From Laetmonice hystrix (lineage: Eukaryota), in the NCBI GenBank assembly GCA_965235115.1, contig OZ249436.1:40674001-40738000 (forward strand): DNA of 64,000 nt, read 5' to 3'. Below are positions 1-13,100 of the stretch, piece after piece; within the stretch, counting starts at the first letter, position 1, and every line of letters starts with the position of its first letter. The notes under the pieces were generated by a model, which saw only the letters and a program-made list of their open reading frames with translations, ran no database searches and was not told the origin of the DNA. Position numbers and translations under genes: made by a program.

Positions 1-2930
1 AAAAGAGGATGGTTCATACGAGCATTCATGACGGCGTCCCGGACTGGGCGTTTGATCCGACTGGCCCCCTATTGTCATGGTGACGGCAGGGGCTGTTAAC
101 GGTGATCACACCCTGTGATCACTTGGCCGTGGTGTATACGGACCATTATATAACCCGTGCCGCGGGCTATGGGCGCGTCACTGACACCGTATTATTAACG
201 GAACGTCATGGCCACCTTACATCCCTGCCAACCCGTCCTCGACATCCTTCAACCATTCATACACCTGCCGCTGCCATATGTTACACACAGTGAGGCTGGG
301 TGATCGTCATGACACTAGATCCAGGACCGAGTCCTGATACCAGCTCCGGATGAAGGCAGTTATATCTGACAACCGATTCAAATATGGGAACGTCAGAAAA
401 CAATACAGAAATACAGTCTAAGAGCTCCCGTTGAACATTCTAGCGCAGTATTCTCTATTAATGTTTATAGCAACCGAGTGTGTCAGTCCTGCGCGAATAA
501 TGGATTTTACACCTGGAGATTATCATTTACCCATAATTTATATTTCATACCTGTTACCGTAGGGGGTGCATGGGGGTGGGGGGATATTAGCAGATATTAG
601 GATAAATCTCGGTTTATTTATCAAGTTCAGCATGCATCCAGTCTGGCCATCAAATAGGCCTAGGCCTATTCCATTGACGGCATCAATGCCAGCATCGAGA
701 CTGGGGCCGGTTTTACTAAAGGTCGAAAATAACGACGTCGAAAATTTAACATAGAAGTGAATGGTTTGCTAGATCGAAAATAACGACCTAACTCTGTTAA
801 CAAAACATGTTTCCACGGCGGGAAATTTGTGAAGTGTTGGAAAGTAGTATAATCCTTGACCTTGATGGGATAATACAGACATTAACATCCGGTCCTCAAC
901 ATTCCTCCCGTCAACGGTCTGAGCAGCGACCATATCACAGCAATTCTGTCATTACGTCCTTGATATACGACACTTGAAACTCACGTCGGTGGTACCACGG
1001 TTCAAAATGTTAGTGACTTTCTTATGATATATGGAGATCTTAACAAAGGTGCTCTACAATAGCGCTATTGTATACTCCCCCTATCTGGTTACCAACCCAG
1101 GGCCTGTGTGACAAGCTAAAAAAATCAATCTTTTGAAAGGAATTCCTTTCCTCGTAAATCTACCTAAAGGAGATTTTGCTCATAACAGAACATAAGCCTA
1201 AAGTCAAGGGTGTCGGGGGAGAAATTTTCCCTGGGACTGTTATATTGGTGTGCGTGGCGTGGTTGGTTGTTATAGATCTCCAGCAGAGAAGGCGGACTCA
1301 TTCCGATGACCTGGCTGATAGTGTTGAAGAGGAGATCTTCAGGTTGTCAGCCGGTGTTTGCCCAGGTATGTCTTGGTTAGTTCCACGGTGTGCTAGGACC
1401 CTGGCTGTACATCTTATCATGCTGTCTGTTATCGCTCAGTGTCCGGTTCGCGTGTGTGTCCGCTGAACAGATCTCTTCAACTGATCGCGCCAGGTTGTGG
1501 CTGAGGCAATGCGCGTGGCATGCAATGGCGCGCATGGAAATCAAGATAAACCCCAACCGGGACCTGTTACAATGGTATGTACACAACCACACAGGTTGTA
1601 TCAGAAACGTTATCTTCTCTTTGTACTGGTAAAAGGGCCGTGCTCAATGTGAAATTTTAACGACACCTGAAAGGTATGTTCAGAAAAAATGACCATAATT
1701 CTTTTAAAGTTGCCACTTAATTTTGAGGTAATAGATCTCCTTACCTAAATGCTAACACAAGAAAGAACCCCGTAGGTTTTGTTACATACTTGTCTCGCTT
1801 TTTTTAAAAAGAGTGCTACCTCGTTTTTTAAAAAAAAGAGAGCTAGGGCTGAAGTAAGTGAGGAAACCACACGGCAGTAAACAAGGTACTTCTATCCATG
1901 ACGTGACATAGGCGTAGGGGGAAACGGGGACCTTTGCCGACCAAAGATTTACCAGCGGCCCCCCCCCCCCCCCAACACGCCGAGTCTCCGACCCCTTTCT
2001 CAAAAACTCCTGACCCTGACACCGAACATTCCGACCTATAACATGTACATGTATACCATCGATTATTGATATTTACAATCCTTTCATATGATTTGAAGAC
2101 AAGTCAGTAAGCCCTGTCTATCCTTCTCTATCTATTCCTGACTATTATGCCCATGCACACTCCAGAAAACGGATCCGACTTTTATTCAAGCCATGACACA
2201 GATACATAGTTTAGCTATTGTGGCATGAGCGTTGTGCTTGTACTTGTAGCACTGCCAGCAGCGTGGTGCATATTGTCTACAGTCTGAGTACCGACGCGTG
2301 ACCTGCCACAAAAACAGCTCCCTAAGATAGACGAAAAAATAGCTTTGTGGACATCTATCCTGCTCTCAAGGTGCATAACGCATGGTAATTTCTTTGTTAT
2401 GCTGACCTTGCTTCAGAAAATATTTTCCACAGGAAACTCGAGCGATTAATTTAGGGGAGAAGATATACACATCTGTCGAAAAGATAAAGCAATACATTAA
2501 AATCCAAATTTTAACTACATTTCATTTTTTATGATACTGATCTGTTCTGATAAGAGGAACTGCACGCAGTGCCTTAGGCATCATTCTTAGGATTTTTTTT
2601 AACGTTTCTTTACCTGGCTCCAAAAGTTTTGTTAGCGAGGAATGCAGACTTTGAGCGCCATGTTTGTACGTTCAACAGATCGCTTTCTTATGTCTTTGTT
2701 GGGAAACACAACAAAACGCTTTACGTCACTAGACATGTCCGAATACAACATCTGTGGCGTGAATCCCAATGTTTGGTGTTGTAAAGTGCCCATTCCCTTT
2801 AGTGACGAACACACACACACAACCATCCTTCGAAATAAAGGAGAACATTGACAAAATCACAATTCAAACGGGCACCTGTTTTTTCAAGAATAAGGTACTG
2901 CTTTGCAAGGAGTTTGTACAACATACTAGT

Positions 2931-3476
2931 ATATTATACACCTGGCCCAGCTAAGCAATCTGATTGGTCCATTTGTACCACGTGACCGTCCCGAAAATTT
3001 TGATATTGGATGGTAAAATACGATATTGGACGGTTCGCTCTGGAAACCATAGAGACGACGTCAAAGTAGATCTACCGTAAATGATAAGAGCAGTCCTGCC
3101 CGGCTGCCCAGGCTAATTCTAGATGATAAGATAAGATGAATTTAACTATAGTAACTAGTTAATGGGGTTCTAAAGTTAATGTGTCCAATTGTCACATTGA
3201 CCATGGTTACAGAAAATGTGTTCATTAAAGTTTAACCTACATAATTTTCATAAGCGGGTGTTCTCGACTTATGGGATTATCAATATTATACTTAGGCCCT
3301 ATATAGACCTCTATAGGTGTATAATATAGCAAGTGTTGGATGGCAGCTCGTCCACTATACAGTTTACGGGACTCTGAAAAGCGATAATGGACTCGGCTTC
3401 GCCTCGTCCATTATCGCTTTTCTTCGTCCCGTAAACTGTATAGTGGACTCGCCGCCATCCAATATTTGTATAATAT
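2931..3476 (+). mobile_element. ~545-bp non-autonomous dispersed repeat with ATTATAC...GTATAAT ends and a long terminal hairpin
   Basis: A near-identical reverse-complement copy lies at 56093-56645. There is an internal inverted repeat at about 3335-3465. Confidence 0.8.
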
Positions 3477-6400
3477 TGCTGCTGCAACACATCGGCGGTT
3501 CGTGTAGTGGACAAAGCTCAAACAATACCAACAGTGGCCAAACCGGACTGTACCTCCACATTGTGCACTGTAAGCCGTGCCCAAAACACAACACCCTTGT
3601 CTGAGTCGAAGCCATGCATTCTTATCCAAAACATTTTCATGTGAATGTGTACATGGACAATATAAAATCGTATATAAAATCACATGAGTTCATACCACTC
3701 ACCAACCCTAATTTTCCCCCTTTCATTTCAACAAAACAACCATTTTTGTTAAGGGCATGTGAATTCATGCTTGGAAATAATAGAAAAAAATTCCGGTTCC
3801 GAATGACCTGCGTTTCTTTGCATTGATCAGAAGACACAGCAATTCATGGGAACCTAAGATACTACTACTGCCTGGGTGTAATTTAATAAGATTATCATCA
3901 TTAACACTGCAGAGGAAAGGTGAGGAAGCAAGGCTATAGCTGTGCTCCCTGCACCTCAACGTCCCTGCTCGGTACTGAGTGCGTGCATGCTCAAGGAGGT
4001 TCGAACCCCTACAGAGATGACAAGGCGCCTGTGGGCCTGGCCAGCCGGTCTACCAGAGGAGGACAATTGTGTCGGGTCAAACACCAGCAGGGTTTGTGTA
4101 TGCTTGACGGAGAGCAAAATATCAGTAATGAGTACGCACGGGTGGTAAGGTAAGGCTGGCAGTGGTGGCACTTATGTTTCCTTCTTTAGGAGTTGATGTA
4201 TATACCAGGTTAAAAAAAAAGAGAAGAATATTCACGTTTATTCTTAAATATAGATCCAGTCGCACCTAGGGTTAAACACATGACATTGATCATTGGAGTA
4301 ATACCTATATAATTACACCTGTTCCAAGTATGTTATCTTTCATGCCTGAAGATTGGATGCGATGACACCTAATTCTTGTCAAGTGCTCTGAAGGTGACAC
4401 TACGGTTCTTATCTGTATGTTATCTATGCAAGTCAGCGCGGTCAACCCTCTTACCTGTAACGGTAAGGTAATACCGGGCAAGCTTCAGATGTCTTCAGGC
4501 TAGCCAGGCCAGGGCTGATTTCAGTCAGATAGCCAAGGTGATCTCATTCTTCCTAGTACCTGTCAATCAACTAACGTTTACATCTCCTCAAGTGTACCTC
4601 CTTACTTATATGTTACCTGAGGTTGGAATTACAGATGTCTATCAATCACTGGTCTCCCCTACTTATTAACCCGCGCCCCATGCGTTACCCCTCAGGGGTT
4701 CGCTGTTGTTAAAGCCCCTCTTGTACTTGGATCTCCCTTTTCCTGAAGGCTTAAGTTAACGTACCGACCCATATTATGTTTATCTCTTCTGTCCTGAGTA
4801 CCACACATCCTGGCCTCAAGTACTTTGAGAAATTTCCAGAATATTTTAGTTTCACCTTTGGAACTTCATAATCTGCGACCATAGCGTATAATCTAAAAAA
4901 AGCTGCAATTTCAAGACCTTCTACATACACTAATTTGACGACCCAGGTCCAAATATAGATGATGATAGCAGCTAATGATGGTTCTAATGGTAGTGTTAAC
5001 TGTGGAAGAGCACGAGACGCCACTGTTACCCCAGCAGGACAGCACACAGTCAGGTATACACTGGGTCATCATTGTAAGGGTTTGGGTACACTAACCCCAC
5101 TTACTTCCCCATTAGCAATCACAATGCCACAATAATAGCACAAGCCATTATTTTCATTTCAAGAGATCCCTTAAACTAATGTTTGTTATTAGCTTTCCAT
5201 TTCTCGCGGCGAGGAGCAATAAAGCCGTCTGGAATGCATTTTAAATGGACAAATCGTACTTTGATTCGGACTTTGATTATAGAGGCTTTCTTTCATAGCT
5301 TCTCGTTCTGAGTGACAGATTTCCATGTGTTTTCAGCTCGCCAACTATTACCCCTGTATCTCTTTTGAGAGGGTAATAGTACAAAGGCGCCCCTTGTCGC
5401 TTCTGCTGACCTTTCTAATGTATTGAACAGCACTAACGAAACGTTCCACTCTATGCTCAGGGTTTGTCTAACGGAGCCGGAAAATGGCAACAGGTAGATC
5501 GAGGCAAATCTGGTAGCGCGACCATGCTTATGGGCTAGCACTATTAAACTAAAACTGGTTGGTGTTTATTTTCATTCATGTCAAGTACCGGTATATAGTA
5601 TATATAGCCTGGTCAAGCTATAGGGCAAAAAGGTGCAACTTTTTTGTACGAGGTATTACATTTGAAAGGTATCCAGACTTTGGTGTTCAAAGCGATACAC
5701 AGACTATGTGGATCGTCCAGACCCCTTTTAGCTAGACTTGGATGACAAAGGACACTACTACTAGAAAGTACAGCAAATTTGGTCTGATATTTCTGCCCAT
5801 CCTATCCCAAGCCATGCACCCACTCTACATACACTTCTCCCAAACTTGAGCAGACACATGAGGACAAGTGCACGGCAACTGGTCATGCTGTTTTGTTGAC
5901 CAAACGGAGAGTAAGGCAAACTTACCTTGTCAAATATTGTACTAACCTCATACTACTGGCATAGCTTACCAAACACACACCTAGTCCACGCTTTGCAAAT
6001 TACAACGAGCTGCTTGCCTTGACAATAACTACCGGTATTAGCTTCATCGTCTCCAAGATAATTGTCAGAAAGGTTTCAAATATGTACCTTATCTCTACCG
6101 TTTACTGACATAATTATACGCCCCTTAAGCTACGATTTTTGAAAGAACCATAACAAAAAACAACTTTGATGTAGATTTGAGCCTACAGTCACTGCCGTAC
6201 ATCTGAAGGCGGTTCCACTTGGTTTTATACAGATTCCTTGAGTATAATTAAAAATTTGATTGATATGAACTTGTTACCCCATCCAATTATGTTTAGTCCA
6301 TGGTACAAGGTTTCTGTACTGACGTCCCTTGGCCTGCCTCAAGGGTCTAACAGTAAATGAGCGTAACGTCTCATACAATAGGTATGTTGGCTTCCAAAAT

Positions 6401-7150
6401 TGCTACCACTGTGTCGTGTTTATATTCTATTTACCCACCTCAAAGACTGTTAAAGTCCGTGATAATTTTCTGTGCTCTTACTCTGCGCCTTGAGCCACTT
6501 CATGATACATCATAATGTCAACCCCAACTGCTATCTCTTCACATTTGATCTTATCAGCAAGATCACTTTCCTCTAAAGCCATTCTTATCTGGCCATATGC
6601 CACTGTTCCTCCAGTGTATAATGTTTTTCTAATGCCTTCAGCGAAACAGTCCATACCGTAATTGTTCTCTTAATAAAAAGAGATGTCATTTGATACATCT
6701 TTTTTTCACCCGTTTGGATGCTTAACTTTCCAGTTCTTGGTTATTTCTAGCAGCAAGGACAAGCAGACCACAGAGAAGTGTAATAAATTAATATAATATA
6801 GTTATTATAGTAATTTTCAGTTTTTGAGATAGGCCATGAACACAGAGCCTTCATGGATCCACAACGGATGCTAATTATTTATGATTTATGTTGCTTTAAA
6901 AAACATACTACTTCCTTTAAATCCTGCACATCTGTGTTCCCTTGAAGGGATCCTGTCCTAAGTATGTGGCTATAATTATACCAGAAACTTGTTTTTCCCA
7001 ATACTAGTACTTACTATGTGTACCCCGGGTAAATGCACAGGTTTGGCTATGTGTTTTTTACTCTTGGTGGAACATCAGGACAATGTAATATAATACAATA
7101 CAGGAGGTGGAATATATCTTAATACGCAACAATAAGCTGAGAATACTAAC

Positions 7151-10100
7151 CTTCATTGTTATTTCCCACCACGTCGTTCAGACTGAGATCATAGGCGATC
7201 TGTACCTGTCCGATTGCCGTACTGTCCGTATCCGCCACCGTCTCAATGTAGAGTGTGAGGGGTGAGACAGAGGAGCCCCCAGCTAGACACAGCTCTCTGC
7301 CCATGCTGGGCTGACTGGAGTTGAGGATGACCAGCTTCCTCAGACTGTCCCCTTCCTCCTCCAGGGTGATGACCGCCTCCGTGTAGGAGGAGTTGGCTTT
7401 GAAGCAGGTTGTCACTGAAGTGGAGCCACTGCCGTGAAGGTTAAAGGTTACACGGACGGCTCCGTACGGGTGTTTCCAGTCAATGAGCCCATCCTGGCAG
7501 ACAGCCTGTACGTGCCACACACCCTGCTCACCTGTGGAATCCCTGCAGAGACACCAAGACAAAGGTCAACTCCGTCACATATCGAGGATAACATTGTGCA
7601 CAGAATTATATGCAATGCCTCCCCTAGTGAAAAATAGCAGGGCGCCCTGCCTTTACAAGCACCCGCCCTGCCCTTTTGAAGAACGCCCTGCCCCTGTCAG
7701 ACAGCGCCCTGCATCTGTTAGCAGCACCTTGCCACCCCCATTGCCACAAACTTTCCAGGTAATCACCCAGTTGTCATTACATGTACACCTCAAAGAATCA
7801 GTTCAGTCATTATAAACATAATACCGTACCATTCAGAATTGAGAAATGTCAGGGAAAAAAGAAAGAGACTTTAATTTCCTTTTCTACCCCGTATTTGTAA
7901 GAGCCAGTACATGTCCAGGAGGTCACCTTCAGACAGATTTTATTACGTATTTAGCAAGACAGACAGACATGCAGGCAGCCAGGAACGATCATACGGAAAG
8001 TTACATTCCCATTGCCGCTACACAGGGTTAGAAATAATCGCGTTACAGTGATCACTTCCACGATCAACAGATTTCTAAACGATAGGCACAATGCCAGCCA
8101 CTGTTCCACCTTGTGATAAGGTGTGAGGGCAGAAGAATTATATTTTTTGTTACTTTGTAAAGAGTTATCTCGACTCATTCGGCATAGGGTCTCAGCTACT
8201 TTAACCTAATGATAGCTCATTAAGCCGAGGCCTACAGAGGGCCAGATCGGAGATAAGACGTGACTGTACTACTCTGTAGGAACTTGTCTAGTCTCGAGAA
8301 CATCATTTTCTGGCTGTCATAGACATGTGTATCTTACTGATTTTATATCCATAAACGTCACAATCCCATTCTTGGGTCGGCGAGAAATGTCAGTTATGAC
8401 GTTTAAGTGTTTAATTCCATGCCTAACGATACTTGGCGTGATTCAGACGTCATTTCAGATTTTCCCATCCATACAAATCGTAAGGTTGTGTACCTGGCAC
8501 TGTCCCATTTACTGCTCGCCTCTTCTGTCAAAACATAAACGGTCACGAAAAAACCGAACTTAACACCCGGAGACCATCTCGTTTTTAAAAGGATATTATT
8601 ACCCGTGACACTGACCTTATGACATTTTGTGGGTGCTAAACTTTCTGAGACACCTAAAGTAGGCTTCCTGACGCGTTCAACAAAAGGTCACTCCTGAGTG
8701 ACACCTTGACACCAGCTTGACCAGTGGTCAGTGCATGGTGCAGTCAGAGGGGATAATTACTGTTTTCCTTCACACCTGGTTGACCTGTGACCACAAAAGA
8801 TGACACTCGTTAGTAGATGTTTACTGTCAGGGTCATTGTAAGGCGGTAGTTGGGGAGTTTATTCTTGCCCCTTTGTCTGTGGGACAGATACATCGAGGGT
8901 CAGAATCTTCTTCATTTTTTTAGTATTAATTAAGACTTTAACTTAGTTTAAGTGGGGCCCTGATGTGGCAACTGTCTCTCTTGGCCTTCATATATTTGTT
9001 CTAAACACTTTTTTCAAGGTGATATCTTAGAAAAGTGTGTACAGATGGAAACATACCAAACTAGAAACTCAGGTAGAAAAGTTGCAAAACCTACCCGCGT
9101 ATTCATAAACCGGATATGGTGCTTATCAATATCATTATAAATGCAGAAGTTTCTTTCATTCACAGCTTGAAATGACCAGTGAGAAGTGAGGAATGCAGCT
9201 GAAGTATACATTCACCAGCCCTGTGTACAATATGAGATCATACTATCTGAGTCACGTAACATGGCGTCACATCTTTTATCTTTTTATGTCACAATATAGA
9301 CATACCTACATCTTTTCACTTCAAACAGAGCCCCTGCCTGAATATCACCTCCCACGGAGCGGGAGTCCTGACACATTGATGAATGATCTGCCTGCAGCAC
9401 TATACGGCTGATACAGATCATAGGGACTGTGCGCTTTATTAAAAGTTTAAACCGTTGTACCTATACACAAACAACGACAATGTCCAACAGGCACACACCG
9501 CGGTGGATTGACAGATTCACCTTCAGTCTTACTATGATTACTTATTACATAACTTCCAACCCGACTGAACCGTTAACCATAAAATATAATGTCAGAAACC
9601 AAGTTGTGCATGGTGAACTATTGGCCACAGAAGTTGTCCCACTGAGCCCTACCAACGCGACCTGTCACGCTCTTCTAACAGTTTTGGCCGGTTAAAGGAA
9701 GCCGAACGACATTTATCCACGCTATTTCTCCCAACCAAAGATTTAATATGATATTTTGAAAACTAATCGAGCGGTGTAGGTCTAACTTTTCGATATATTA
9801 CACTCAGGAAAACAAAAGAAAACATACCCTGAGACTTTGTCAGAGATTGTCTCGATGAGTCCTTCAACGTTAGTACATCGTACATCCCAAATCTACTCAA
9901 GATTAAAATCCTAGTGGGTCCTTAGCCAAACTCTTGTTTATCACCGTTCTTACACCTCATCTCTCTCGAAACAGAAGATATCTCTCCTGACTTGATATCG
10001 TGAACAATCAAGGTTATCAGGGTCTTGTATCGGTATCTGGTTTGTTACACAATTTGAATGTTCATCACAACAGTGAAGGGATGATGCGATGTCTGAACAG

Positions 10101-13100
10101 TCGACTGTGAGGATTACAGTCTGACTTCATTCCCTGTATTATCAAGATAAGATGGGCCTGACCGATCTGGATGTTTCATTGTTCTATATTCTGGTCAGGT
10201 GCAACCTGAACCAAGTCTCAACACTCGAGTTAAATATAAACTCTTCAGACCAGTCTAAATACAAACTGTTTAATATGATATCTTGTCCATATATCCCGAC
10301 ATTACAGATGCTTTGACTGAACCGCTTGCTCTTGTCAGGGACAGTACATGTATCTATGTGGTAGATACACGGGGGAGCGGTATGACCAGTTAGAAGACCC
10401 AATAATTGATGTATCTGTGTGTACAATCTCACACAGTAGCAGGTGACCTTAGCAACACTTAGCCGAGATGTTGAATCAACAGACAGCGAGTATAACGTGC
10501 ATAAAATGGATGCTCCTCACCAGATAGCTCGCAGTCATTCAGTGGTAAATCAGGTAAAAAGGCAGGTAACTCCATTGGGAAAAGATATTACATATCATTG
10601 AACTTTCACATTGTAATATAATAAATAGTTCAACGGAACTAGTTTGCCAAACAAAAACTCATAAAAAGCCTTTGGTGTCATATTCACGCAGTTTTCAACA
10701 AGGAATTGAAAGAGAGAGCTTTAAGTTGCGTCCAACTGGCATAAGACCAAAACACTCAAACAAGCTAAGCCACAGTTGGCAGAAAGCTCTGCACTCAGCC
10801 ATGTCCAAACTGCCTTTGGTCTAAGTGCTCCACACGTTAAGGATAATTTTCTCTATTTGTCACATACAATGGTGTAAACTTTCCTACATTCACGTGATAC
10901 CAGTAAAGGAGCCATGACGTGGTATACTAGGCAAGTCTAGACTACACCACGTCACGTATCAATGCGTCTTAAATGGTTCTTTTAAAAAAAAAACTTGTTA
11001 TCGCAAAAGTTGGAAATTAGTGTATCCTCCACCATGAATATGACGAAAAGGAATACGTTGAATGAAATTAAAACTTGTGGAAAAAAGGCTGGATAATTAG
11101 GAAAATACGATTGAATCATGGACTTTTTAAAAACTAACTACAAAAATGGCAAGACACTCTCCTATAGATACACAAGATTTTCTACCTTAAATGTAACGAG
11201 CTTAAGTCCTAATTGCCGACCGATTACCTTACTTAATGTGGCGTGCTTGGATTATGTGTCAGGTACTTGACTTGCATGATGCTGAAAGATGACAACCATA
11301 GCCCCTGGGTATTCCCTAACGTTGTCATGAAACTTATTGCTACATGATCGCTTATACAGATGGAACCTGAGAGAGAATTGCTCAATGCCGGGCATGGCGT
11401 AAATTGAAAACAAATTAGATCTTAATACAAGAAAATAGAAATTAGAAACTCTTCGATTGTGGGACAACCACCATCCTTTCCGTTTCCTTCTTTCGTTGTT
11501 GAATAACAGCTGCTCTTGCGCGTTGATCTTTTTGCAGGTGTCCTGTAACATGATCCTCCATGCATTCCTCCACACCTTTTATGTGAAACCTAATCTGGGT
11601 GGATGCGCAACAGAGGCCGGACTGAGTGTCGGTGAAAACCGTGCACCGCCCGGGTAGTAAATCACTGGTTTTATCAGCTTTGAGTCCGATTTCCATGCCT
11701 TAGCGATGGTATGGTAAAATGCCTTCAGGGTTGGGAGATAACTCAGCATGGGAGTTTCTACTGTAGATAACATAGAAACCAATGAGCTTTACATACGTCA
11801 CCCGCTGGTATCAGGGCATCAAAGGTATACAGTGCCATTTGGACGACGTACTGCTAGAAACATGCACAGCTGTTGTTTGACTACTATACACAGTGAAACT
11901 GATAGCCAGACACTATCGTTATAATAAATATATAATATTTCTACGTCTTTTACCTCAGAAATGTCACAGTGAATTAGTTCAGGTTTCCAAGAGTTGCGCT
12001 GCTGTGATCAACGAGCTGAACAGCTCAATGATACCAAGCACTGTGGAGACGTACACCTTAAAACCTTTGCATGACACCCTCAATCACGTTCGTACACACT
12101 GTCAACATCATCAGTCTTACCTGCCAAACACCCCCCACAGGGCGGTTCGCTGTTATTGCCCTAATATCGACCCCCAGGCACATGACAGACAGCTTATGTA
12201 TTCTGTCATCCCAGGGGCCCATTCGGACATTCCCAATTTTCAACAATGTCAAAAGCGCATTAGACCATGAGCGCTGGTAAATGACATAATGGAAATACCA
12301 AAACCGTTAGAAAACTATCTTTCATCATTTCTTTTCATTTTGATGGAGGGGGTAAAATCTTGCAAACTGGGAAACTAGCAAAACCCTAACGATTGGGTAT
12401 TTTTACGAATTTACCCGAATTTGGTTTATAAGCCCTGAATTGTTAATCACCAGAGGTCCTCACACAGCTGTGTGCGTCTGGGGGCTACAGGACATTATCC
12501 CCTGCCGGCTCGAACTTCTACTAATAATGACATCGAAATCATTAACCCAAAAGACAGCTAGATTTAAAAGCCAACAGAATAATACCCACATTATTATCAC
12601 CTTTGGAACCGCTAAAAACCTGGCGGTCACTTCCTAATCCAATATAGGTGTCAACAGCACCGTGACGTTAAACTGTGCCCAGTGGGAGATAGCTAGAGCA
12701 CGTTTGTGTAATCACAGCTTCTATATGTTGTCAGATGGTTGGGAGCCGGTGTGTCCTGCCTTCATTCAGGTCAACCACAAAGGTTGGGCTGATCCATCCT
12801 TCAAAGGTCACCTCAATGACACCAAGGTGACATATATCACACACTCTACCTTTCCTCACCTGGGTCACCACGTTCTTATCTTGTCTCTACCTACGCCACA
12901 CTCCACCTGTCGGCCGGCGTCTGCCTGTCTAAACTTTAACTCCCCACGTTTTTATAACACGGTTTTTTAATGCTTGGAATTCTGTGATACACCCAGAATA
13001 CACGGATTCTCTTGTCAACAAAACAATTTGCGTGGGGGGGGGGGGGGGCGCAGTCATTCAGTGGTTGGAGTCCTTTAAATTATTCCTGATGAAGGAGACA

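Noticed and set aside
1..7150. Further METRNL exons (expected C-x-P-C...C-x-SDF segment)
   Set aside because: In a partial scan I found no minus-strand phase-1 exon with that motif. CAPCTSTSLL near 3941 is on the wrong strand. The remaining exons probably lie beyond the window.
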